From: Chitinophagaceae bacterium
GTDB taxonomy: Bacteria; Bacteroidota; Bacteroidia; Chitinophagales; Chitinophagaceae
Direction: 5' to 3'
Assembly (NCBI GenBank): GCA_035328345.1
Contig: DAOLIV010000004.1
Coordinates: 5,778-69,777, forward strand
DNA: 64,000 bases
Shown here one piece after another: positions 19,076 through 26,829 of this stretch. The first letter of the stretch is position 1. Every line of letters begins with the position of its first letter. The translations under genes and the position numbers were made by a program. The notes below the pieces were generated by a model, which worked only from the letters and a program-made list of their open reading frames with translations, did no database searches and had not been told where the DNA came from.

Positions 19076-20125
19076 ATGTTTTCCACAAAAAATATTTCAC
19101 CCAGGCAGTTGTCGGCTTTCACATCTCTGGTGCTGGCAATCCCTGTCAGTTTACTGGTTTATGCAGTGGAAAAAAGCTGGCTATGGATGATCGGATCGTT
19201 TATTGTCATTTTTGGTGGCGCCTACCTCCTAATTTCATTTGTGCTGGAGCGGTTTATTTACAGGAAAATAAAACTCATTTACAAATTCATACATCGAACT
19301 AAAGCAACCCCTAAAGAAGAGACCTATTATAAATACATTTTACCACAAAAAAGTATTGATGAAGTAAGAGAAGATGTTGAAGCATGGGCTGCAGAAAATC
19401 AAAAAGAAATTGCTGTTTTAAAAAGAAATGAACAATTCCGAAAAGAATTCCTTCAGAATCTTTCTCATGAATTTAAAACCCCTGTTTTTGCCATACAGGC
19501 ATACGTAGATACTTTATTACAGGGAGCTTTGAACAATGAAGAAGTAAACAAAAAATTCCTTGAAAAGGCAGCCAAGAATGTTATACGGCTTACCAATCTC
19601 TTAAATGATCTGGATGAAATATCAAGTCTCGAACGAGGTGAGATAATCTTATACAAACAGAATTTTGTTATACAGGATCTCATAAAAGAAGTTTATGAAG
19701 GTTTATCAGTAATAGCCGATGCTAACCAGGTTACCTGTAGCATTAAAAAGGGTTGTGAATCTCCACTAACTGTATTTGCAGATAAAGAAAAGATCAGGCA
19801 GGTGATAACGAACCTTGTGGAGAACTCAATCAAATACGGAAAGAAAAACGGGAATATTGTTGCGAGTATTTACAAAACCGATGGCAAAAGACTGCTGGTT
19901 GAAATTAGCGATGACGGTATTGGAATTGACGAAAAACATTTGCCCAGGATTTTTGAAAGATTTTACAGAACAGAAGAAGGAAGAACCATTGATGTAACAG
20001 GTAGCGGATTAGGGCTAGCAATTTGCAAACACATAATTGAAGCACACGGACAATCCATGCATGTAAGAAGCCGGGTAAATGTCGGTACCACGATTGGCTT
20101 TACGCTGGATGCCAAAAGAGATTAA
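19076..20125 (+). CDS. phoR: Sensor histidine kinase, PhoR-like
   Basis: SHEFKTP H-box, NLVENSIKY, DDGIGI, FERFYR, GSGLGLAI; two N-terminal TMs; symbol from context. Confidence 0.8.
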   Translation: MFSTKNISPRQLSAFTSLVLAIPVSLLVYAVEKSWLWMIGSFIVIFGGAYLLISFVLERFIYRKIKLIYKFIHRTKATPKEETYYKYILPQKSIDEVREDVEAWAAENQKEIAVLKRNEQFRKEFLQNLSHEFKTPVFAIQAYVDTLLQGALNNEEVNKKFLEKAAKNVIRLTNLLNDLDEISSLERGEIILYKQNFVIQDLIKEVYEGLSVIADANQVTCSIKKGCESPLTVFADKEKIRQVITNLVENSIKYGKKNGNIVASIYKTDGKRLLVEISDDGIGIDEKHLPRIFERFYRTEEGRTIDVTGSGLGLAICKHIIEAHGQSMHVRSRVNVGTTIGFTLDAKRD

Positions 20126-20128
20126 AAA

Positions 20129-21211
20129 CTAATTCCTCTTTACAGAACCAAAAGATTCTCCTGCCAGACCAGAAATAAGTTCTGCAAGCTGAAATTGATA
20201 AAACTGATTCGGGGATTTGAGTTCTCCATCCGGCGATATGCCCGGTCCCATTAAAGCAATCCAGGTTTGGGATGACCCTTTTATGAAACTTCCATGCGAC
20301 GTCCACTTCGAAAATTTTGCCCCCCTTCCATGATCTGTTGTAATTATTAAAGTGGTGTTGTTTTTATACTGTGGATCAGTTTGAATAATGTTCCATAATT
20401 CCGCAATCATCTGGTCTGCCTGGTGTGCTTTTTCGAGATAAAGATCATACCTACCATCATGGGCGGCCTCATCTGTTTCACCGAGTCCCAAATAAAATAT
20501 TTTAGGATGATTCTTTTTTATATACTCTTTCGCTGCTTCGAAAGTAAGCTGATCCAGACGTGTTGATTTTTTTTCTTCGATCAATTCATCCTGGACAAGA
20601 TTTATTGCCTGCTGTATGTCTGATGGTTCTTGTCCACCGGTAGTTTCATAACCACTGTTCATTTTGATATTGTTTCTGCTTGTATTTAAAATAAATGGAA
20701 ACAAATTCCAGGATGTAAAAGCAGCAACACTCCTCCTATACTTAGGTTTTGAGTTGAGATACTCCAGGACATTAATGTTCGGATTATTGATCTTATAATT
20801 TGATGAAAGTGCCGGATCAATTATTCCGGTGAATATTTCGCTATATCCCGGATACGACTTGACGTATCCATTGGCAACATTTACTTTATTATCATAAACC
20901 CTGTTTCCAAATATTTGTCCTCTTTTGGAAAGCACATTCCAGAAGAATGGCAAAAGCCTTTTTCTTCTTTCGTTAATCCCTGAGTCCCAATAATACAACT
21001 TCATAGTACTTGTGTCAGGAGTATATTTTATATCAGATAACAATACTGAATCTGCTCCTTTAAACACTTCCTGCCAGCGAAAACCATCAATTGTTATAAT
21101 GAAAATATTTTCTGACGGCGAAAATGAAGAGAATTCATCCCGGGTGTGTTGGATCTTTTCGGGGAATTGAATGAATGCCAATAGTACAATTGGGCTGATC
21201 AGTTTTTTCAT
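20129..21211 (-). CDS. Alkaline-phosphatase-superfamily metalloenzyme (exported)
   Basis: ITIDGFRW, KSYPGY nucleophile region, ETDEAAHDG, TTDHGRG, TSHG. ATG at 21211 preferred over the track's 21241, which overlaps the predicted promoter. Confidence 0.85.
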   Translation of the reverse strand: MKKLISPIVLLAFIQFPEKIQHTRDEFSSFSPSENIFIITIDGFRWQEVFKGADSVLLSDIKYTPDTSTMKLYYWDSGINERRKRLLPFFWNVLSKRGQIFGNRVYDNKVNVANGYVKSYPGYSEIFTGIIDPALSSNYKINNPNINVLEYLNSKPKYRRSVAAFTSWNLFPFILNTSRNNIKMNSGYETTGGQEPSDIQQAINLVQDELIEEKKSTRLDQLTFEAAKEYIKKNHPKIFYLGLGETDEAAHDGRYDLYLEKAHQADQMIAELWNIIQTDPQYKNNTTLIITTDHGRGAKFSKWTSHGSFIKGSSQTWIALMGPGISPDGELKSPNQFYQFQLAELISGLAGESFGSVKRN

Positions 21212-21254
21212 TGTTACGGGTTTTACAAAAGAAAAAACCAAAGATTTCCTTACT

Positions 21255-21369
21255 GTTAGATTGAGATTATTTTTTAATTAACCGGGCATATGTAATAATT
21301 TATTTACATAATGCTTACACTATAGTAATCCTGCTGTAACTGTTTGGTAATATGAATTGAAGATGTTTG
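21255..21369. promoter_or_regulatory. Divergent promoter region with two 11-bp-period arrays (21255/66/77 and 21292/303/314/325/336/347) and -7-like box GATGTTTG (21362-21369)
   Basis: Hexamers GTTAGA, ATTATT, ATTAAC and GTAATA, TTTACA, CTTACA, GTAATC, GTAACT, GTAATA at 11-bp spacing. Confidence 0.7.
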
Positions 21370-21382
21370 TAAAACCGAATTC

Positions 21383-22237
21383 ATGCAAAAAAGACAAGTA
21401 GATGTAGTAGTAATTTCGGATATTCACCTCGGAACCTATGGATGCCACGCAAAAGAGCTTCTTAATTATCTCCGTAGTATTTCTCCGCAGATCCTAATTC
21501 TTAATGGTGACATCATTGATGGCTGGCAATTCAGCAAAAGATACTTTCCGCCTACTCATATGCAGGTAATTAAAGAGATACTTGACCTGGTCGGTTCAGG
21601 AACAAGAACAATTTATATTACCGGTAACCACGATGAGATGCTGAGGCGGTACACAGATCTTCACCTGAATAATTTTCAACTTACCGATAAACTGGTTATG
21701 GAGATCAACGGCAAAATGGCCTGGATCTTTCACGGCGATGTATTTGATAACACCACAAAAGGCAGTGCAAAGATCATTGCCCGTTTGGGCGGTCATGGTT
21801 ATGACTGGTTAATATTAATGAACCGGTTTATTAACTGGTGTTTGAAAAGAATTGGTAGATCCAAAATGAGCTTTAGTAAGAAAATTAAGAATGGTGTAAA
21901 AAAGGCCGTCGCATGGATCGCTGATTTTGAACAAACGGCTGCAGAACTGGCGATAGAGAAAAAATATGACTATGTGATCTGTGGCCATATTCATCAGCCT
22001 CAGAAAAAATTATTTGAAACAAAAAACGGGAAAGTAATTTACATGAATAGTGGTGATTGGGTGGAAAACCTTACTGCTCTTGAATATAGTAATGGAGATT
22101 GGTCAATTTATCAATATAATGAAGCTGAATTTACCGGTGCCAGTGTTATAAAGATGACAAAGAAAGCAGCTACACCGAATGTGGTAACTGACCAGGTTGG
22201 TTTATTCATTAACTCACTTCGCCATATAAAGGAATGA
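21383..22237 (+). CDS. Calcineurin-like metallophosphoesterase of the LpxH/PlcP group (probable P-starvation phospholipase C)
   Basis: SDIHLG, NGDIIDGW, GNHD, FHGD, CGHIH, NSGDW. Confidence 0.85.
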   Translation: MQKRQVDVVVISDIHLGTYGCHAKELLNYLRSISPQILILNGDIIDGWQFSKRYFPPTHMQVIKEILDLVGSGTRTIYITGNHDEMLRRYTDLHLNNFQLTDKLVMEINGKMAWIFHGDVFDNTTKGSAKIIARLGGHGYDWLILMNRFINWCLKRIGRSKMSFSKKIKNGVKKAVAWIADFEQTAAELAIEKKYDYVICGHIHQPQKKLFETKNGKVIYMNSGDWVENLTALEYSNGDWSIYQYNEAEFTGASVIKMTKKAATPNVVTDQVGLFINSLRHIKE

Positions 22238-23244
22238 AAATTTTTTACGCAGTACAGGCTACCGGCAATGGCCATATCAGCAGGGCGATGGAACTATTAC
22301 CCCACCTTCAGAAATATGGTTCAGTTGATATTTTTTTAAGCGGCGACAACAGTAACCTGGCATTGGATGCACCGATAAAATTCAGAAGCAAGGGGATCAG
22401 TTTATTTTATAATTGTAATGGTGGTCTCGATTACTGGGAAATGCTGAAAAAATTCCAACCTCTGCGAGTCAAACAAGAAATCCGTGACCTCCCGGTTGAA
22501 AAATATGACCTTGTGCTGAATGATTTTGAATATATCACTTCAGCTGCATGTGTAAGAAAAAAAATTTCTTCGATACATTTTGGTCACCAGGCGAGCTTTC
22601 AGTCCTTACACACACCCCGGCCTTTAAAAAAGAATTCTACAGGTGAGTGGTTGCTGAAAAAATACATCAAAGCCGAACATCATGTGGGTTTACACTTTAA
22701 AAAATATGATGATTTTATATTTACAGCGATTGTAAAGGAAGAAATATTGAAAGCTGATCCCCGTGACCTTGGTTATTATACAGTATATCTCCCTTCATAT
22801 TGTGAAAAACAACTAATAGATATTTTCTCAAATTTTATCGATTTCAAATTTCAGATTTTCAGTAAAGAAACATCAGCGCTTAAAACAACCGGAAATATTA
22901 CATTTATTCCTGTCAATAAACAGTTATTTAATCAAAGCCTGATCAACTGTTCGGGCATCATTTCAGGCGGAGGGTTTGAAACTCCTGCAGAGGCCTTGCA
23001 TCTTGGCAAAAAAATCATGGTAATTCCGATAAGGGGTCAGTATGAGCAGCTGTGCAATACAGAAGCTTTATCCAGGTTAGGTATTACCTGTTTACCTTAT
23101 ATCGAAAGGAACTTCGCCGGCATTTTTAATGAATGGGTACAATCGTCAACTCCAATACAAATTGATTATTCTGATTCAATACCGGACTGTTTAAATCATA
23201 TCTTTTCAACAGTCGAGTCAGAAAACAAACTTCAAACTGTTTAA
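22234..23244 (+). CDS. GT-B glycosyltransferase (MJ1255/VC2487-like), translationally coupled to the phosphoesterase
   Basis: GNGHISRA, GGGFETPAEAL, GQYEQ; ATGA overlap at 22234-22237. Confidence 0.85.
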   Translation: MKIFYAVQATGNGHISRAMELLPHLQKYGSVDIFLSGDNSNLALDAPIKFRSKGISLFYNCNGGLDYWEMLKKFQPLRVKQEIRDLPVEKYDLVLNDFEYITSAACVRKKISSIHFGHQASFQSLHTPRPLKKNSTGEWLLKKYIKAEHHVGLHFKKYDDFIFTAIVKEEILKADPRDLGYYTVYLPSYCEKQLIDIFSNFIDFKFQIFSKETSALKTTGNITFIPVNKQLFNQSLINCSGIISGGGFETPAEALHLGKKIMVIPIRGQYEQLCNTEALSRLGITCLPYIERNFAGIFNEWVQSSTPIQIDYSDSIPDCLNHIFSTVESENKLQTV

Positions 23245-23253
23245 TTATCCCCC

Positions 23254-23293
23254 AAAAAAAACCACCCCGCTGCCTGTCCTGTGGCGGGGTGGT
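23254..23293 (-). terminator. Intrinsic terminator, minus-strand polarity
   Basis: 10-bp stem ACCACCCCGC/GCGGGGTGGT followed by 8 U on the minus strand only. Confidence 0.85.
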
Positions 23294-23368
23294 AACTGCA
23301 TGAGAAAATCTGCTCTCTGACGAAACTTACTAACGCCAGATTACTGCAACCGGGACGAAGAAAAGAAC
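23254..23368 (-). ncRNA. Putative phosphate-regulated small RNA (~115 nt)
   Basis: Minus-strand terminator with no minus-strand CDS to serve; upstream CATCTTTA -7-like box and four 11-bp repeats in the same geometry as two other promoters in the island. The 5' end is estimated. Confidence 0.6.
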
Positions 23369-23373
23369 TTAAG

Positions 23374-23430
23374 TAAAGATGCCCGCCTTTTGTTACCCTG
23401 CCGTTATCCAATAGTTAAGGAACAATTATT
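23374..23430 (-). promoter_or_regulatory. -7-like box (CATCTTTA) plus 11-bp-period repeats at 23392, 23403, 23414, 23425
   Basis: GTTACC, GTTATC, GTTAAG, ATTATT on the plus strand; 10-nt gap to the box. Confidence 0.65.
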
Positions 23431-23476
23431 AAAAGCTGCAGCAATTTTTCTATAAGGATTTCGTTAAAAACTTAAT

Positions 23477-23515
23477 ATTACTTAATTGTTAATTTTATGT
23501 AACTTTAGTGTTACC
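23477..23515. promoter_or_regulatory. Four 11-bp-period repeats (ATTACT, GTTAAT, GTAACT, GTTACC)
   Basis: Start positions 23477, 23488, 23499, 23510; they overlap the track's 23486 start, suggesting the real start is further downstream. Confidence 0.5.
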
Positions 23516-23527
23516 AATCGTACACAA

Positions 23528-24742
23528 TTGAAAATCAAGGTCTACATATTGATTTTTCTGCTACCCTTACTTTCTAAAGGCTGGTTTGCCGGAGCTCAGT
23601 CTGCAGATCAGAGGGTGAAATTTGATTTTTATGGCGATCCGGTTGAGCTTGTCATTAACCCTTCCTTACTTATCGACTTTGGGTCTACGATTTCTGAAGA
23701 AGCGATACATAACTTCTATGAAAATATTGATAACAGCCAATATGAGTCGCTCATAACTTCATTAAAAAACTGCAAGACAAAATACCAGCTTGATGATTGG
23801 CTCTATTATCAGCTTATAAGAAAAACAGTGCAGCAAATCAGTCCGAAAGAAAGTAACTACTATAGATATACACTGTACAAATGGTTCTTATTGAACAAAT
23901 CAGGTTATGACGCAACATTAAGTTTGTGCGACAATCAGTTGTTGTTATATGTTCAGAGTAACGAAGAAATATATAATATTCCTTTTCACACAAAAAATGG
24001 CAAACAATACGTTTGTCTGAATTATCATGATTACGGCGGGAATATAGATTTTACCAAAAAGAATTTTACAGAGCTTCCTTTTTATTTTTCAGAAGGCTAT
24101 AAAGCGTTTACTTATAAAATCACACAGCTTCCTGAATTTAAACCGGATAGCTATTTTGAAAAGGATATCAAATTCAATTACTATCAAACGGATTATCATT
24201 TCAAAGTTAAGCTAACCCCACAGGTGCAGACCATATTTGCCAATTACCCGGTGGTTGATTACAGCTACTACATGAATATACCTCTGAGTAAAGAAACTTA
24301 CTATTCACTCATTCCTGAACTCAAAAAAATCATGAAGGGAATGAATGAAAAAGAAGGAGTTGATTTTCTGATGCGTTTTACCAGGTATGCTTTTATATTT
24401 CAACCAGATATTAAGGTGTTTGGCGCTGAAAAGAGATTATCACCTGAAGAAACTCTCTTGTATAACAATAGTGATTGTGAGGACAGAGCCGCTTTGTTCT
24501 TTTACCTTGTAAAGGAAATATATAACCTTCCCATGCTGGTCCTAACTTATCCCAAACATGTCACAATTGCTGTAAATTTTCAAAAACCAATAGGAAATAC
24601 GATCACCTATAACGGAAAGAAATATTCAGTTTGCGAACCAACACCGCAAAAAAGAGATCTGAAATTAGGTGAGTTGCTTCCCCAGCTGCGCAAAACGCCT
24701 TATGAAATTGCGTATGAATATAACCCACTAAAAAATCAATAA
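23528..24742 (+). CDS. Exported protein with C-terminal transglutaminase-like / LapG-like cysteine motif
   Basis: Signal peptide; SDCEDRAALF followed by PKHVTIAV. TTG start at 23528 is my estimate (track: 23486). Confidence 0.7.
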   Translation: MKIKVYILIFLLPLLSKGWFAGAQSADQRVKFDFYGDPVELVINPSLLIDFGSTISEEAIHNFYENIDNSQYESLITSLKNCKTKYQLDDWLYYQLIRKTVQQISPKESNYYRYTLYKWFLLNKSGYDATLSLCDNQLLLYVQSNEEIYNIPFHTKNGKQYVCLNYHDYGGNIDFTKKNFTELPFYFSEGYKAFTYKITQLPEFKPDSYFEKDIKFNYYQTDYHFKVKLTPQVQTIFANYPVVDYSYYMNIPLSKETYYSLIPELKKIMKGMNEKEGVDFLMRFTRYAFIFQPDIKVFGAEKRLSPEETLLYNNSDCEDRAALFFYLVKEIYNLPMLVLTYPKHVTIAVNFQKPIGNTITYNGKKYSVCEPTPQKRDLKLGELLPQLRKTPYEIAYEYNPLKNQ

Positions 24743-24754
24743 CCTACGGCTTTA

Positions 24755-25282
24755 TCAGAAGTTATCTGTTTTAATACGCTGTCCATTTGAATCGTATTCT
24801 TCCTTTCTAATCAACCTGCCATTTTCATCATAGTACTCCCATACTCCGCTATATAATCCATCGTGATACTCCCCTTTGCTCTTTACCTTACCATTTAAAT
24901 AATAATTTACTGCATCTCCCTCAAACTTTCCATCCTCCTTTAAATGATTAATAAATACTGCCTGCCCATTCGGGTAATATTGGGAAAAGAAAGTCCGGAT
25001 ATCATTTTTTGTAATAATTACCTGTCTCACTTTTTCTGAAGAATCACGCATCACCTGGCACAGTGTTGAATCCTTCTTATTAATATAATATGAAGCTGTC
25101 ACAAATTCTCTTCTGAAGTAAGGCTTGGTATGCGTACTGTCGCTATTCCTGATAATCTTTTCAAGCCAGCTATTATTTAATTTATTATTTACAAATGGTT
25201 CATCCGGGTTTCCGGATTTTTTGCATCCAACCAAGAAAATAAATAATACAACCAGTAAGAACTTTAAAAATTTCATCTTCAA
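24755..25282 (-). CDS. Lipoprotein with MORN-variant (YwqK-like) repeats
   Basis: Lipobox LVGC; repeats YYPNGQ, YYLNGKVKSKGEY..G...GVWEYYDENG. Confidence 0.8.
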   Translation of the reverse strand: MKMKFLKFLLVVLFIFLVGCKKSGNPDEPFVNNKLNNSWLEKIIRNSDSTHTKPYFRREFVTASYYINKKDSTLCQVMRDSSEKVRQVIITKNDIRTFFSQYYPNGQAVFINHLKEDGKFEGDAVNYYLNGKVKSKGEYHDGLYSGVWEYYDENGRLIRKEEYDSNGQRIKTDNF

Positions 25283-25295
25283 ATATTATAATAAA

Positions 25296-25322
25296 ACAGC
25301 TTCCTCTTTCTGAGGAAGCTGT
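25296..25322 (-). terminator. Intrinsic terminator after the TBDR-lipoprotein operon
   Basis: 11-bp stem ACAGCTTCCTC/GAGGAAGCTGT with a U-rich tail on the minus strand. Confidence 0.8.
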
Positions 25323-25352
25323 CAAAGTTATTTAGTTACAACCTACTATTAC

Positions 25353-26804
25353 TTAAAACTTCCACTTAGTCCATCCCTTCCACCAGCTTGCCAACTCACC
25401 GGCAGGGGCTACTGCTCCGCGGAAAGTAATTGTTTTATCAAAAAAAGTATCTCCGGTGAACTTAGAGTCAGAAAAACCTGCTCCGGTAAGAATTTTCTGG
25501 TTTCCACTGCTTCCTGCAAACGGGGTGAAATCCGGTGTATCATAATTATATGGCTGGATCAATTTTGTATCAGAAGTATTTGTCAATATATCATTTCCGT
25601 AATACGGGTTTGTAAACCAGGAAGTCAAAGTAGCATCATTCATAATTGTTGCTCCAGCTGTTCCAGCGAATTTTAAATTTGTTGTATTTCCAGCCAATGT
25701 GATATTTCTTAAACGGAGTGTGCTGTCTTCGATATTCAATGCTGTAGAAGTCCCGGTAGTTGCATCAATATAGATACCTAAGGGCCATCCCATAATAATT
25801 GAATTAAAGATAGAGATACCTGAGTTTCTACGGATTTGAGCACCGCCCAAAAACAAACTGTTTCCGACATTACTTAAAGTTGCTCTTGGTCCGATAGCTG
25901 TAATATTGCTATAGATAGCCCTTGTTTTGGGAGAGGCGGTAGTTCCCTGTGAGTTATTATCACTTTCAAATGCTTCAGATTTGGAGATATCCGCAATTAG
26001 TGAATCACGAAGAATAATACCGAACTGAAATTTACCACTGTATCCGTTATCGGTATCAAAGTCATCATCCTGCGTTTTAAAGGCTATAAAGTATTTCACA
26101 TTTACTGAACCTCCGAAACATTCTATGGCGTCATCTTTTGCATAAACGATCTGTACATGTTCAACAGTGGTTCCGCTTCCAACTGCAGCCATTGTAAGAC
26201 TATTAATCTCCTTGTCAGGCTGATATGCGTATCCTGCAAATTCAATACGAACAAACTTTAATGAACCAGAGTTATCTGCATCATCAGGAGTAGCGCCACC
26301 GCCAGCAATACCATCACCTTGTGCATTATCAATACCACCCTCTACCTGTATAGTACCCTGAACACCATTAAAGCTTGAATTTACACTTGCCTTTCCGCAA
26401 ATAACGATACCACCCCAGTCACCAGATTGTGGATTAGGTGCAGCTGATGTAAATACAATTGGTTCAGTAGCTGTTCCGTTAGCAACAAGTTTTGATCCAC
26501 GGGTAATGATCAATGCGGCTACATCGCTTCCACTAAAAGAACCTTTCACTGTAGTACCTGCCTCAACTGTCATAGTATGATTTCCTACCATGTATACTAA
26601 TCCTTTCAGGATATAAGTATTTTGTTTTCTTAAGATCGTATCGGCATTGATACGGCCTTCCAAAGTAATGGTGGTACCGGTAGTACCTCCGCCTCCGCCA
26701 CCATTTACGATTATTACTTCTTTTTCGCCATCAGTTTCAATTTTGCGGCAGCCAGTGATAGCGACTGCAGCTATGGCGGTTAAGCAGAAAATGTACTTTT
26801 TCAT
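25353..26804 (-). CDS. Lipoprotein with predicted parallel beta-helix repeats, partner of the upstream TBDR
   Basis: Lipobox ITGC, Gly tract, GDWGGIVICG, DDAIECFGG, DDDFDTDNGY, FESDN; not RagB/SusD-like. Confidence 0.8.
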   Translation of the reverse strand: MKKYIFCLTAIAAVAITGCRKIETDGEKEVIIVNGGGGGGTTGTTITLEGRINADTILRKQNTYILKGLVYMVGNHTMTVEAGTTVKGSFSGSDVAALIITRGSKLVANGTATEPIVFTSAAPNPQSGDWGGIVICGKASVNSSFNGVQGTIQVEGGIDNAQGDGIAGGGATPDDADNSGSLKFVRIEFAGYAYQPDKEINSLTMAAVGSGTTVEHVQIVYAKDDAIECFGGSVNVKYFIAFKTQDDDFDTDNGYSGKFQFGIILRDSLIADISKSEAFESDNNSQGTTASPKTRAIYSNITAIGPRATLSNVGNSLFLGGAQIRRNSGISIFNSIIMGWPLGIYIDATTGTSTALNIEDSTLRLRNITLAGNTTNLKFAGTAGATIMNDATLTSWFTNPYYGNDILTNTSDTKLIQPYNYDTPDFTPFAGSSGNQKILTGAGFSDSKFTGDTFFDKTITFRGAVAPAGELASWWKGWTKWKF

Positions 26805-26829
26805 TTGGTTATTTTTTAAAAGATTTAAT

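Noticed and set aside
23306-23320. Plus-strand mini-ORF MRKSAL in the candidate sRNA region
   Set aside because: Six codons with no promoter evidence on that strand; better explained as the complement of the anti-start segment.
24755-25282. YwqK-like protein as an antitoxin
   Set aside because: No adjacent toxin; MORN-variant lipoproteins are common in Bacteroidota.
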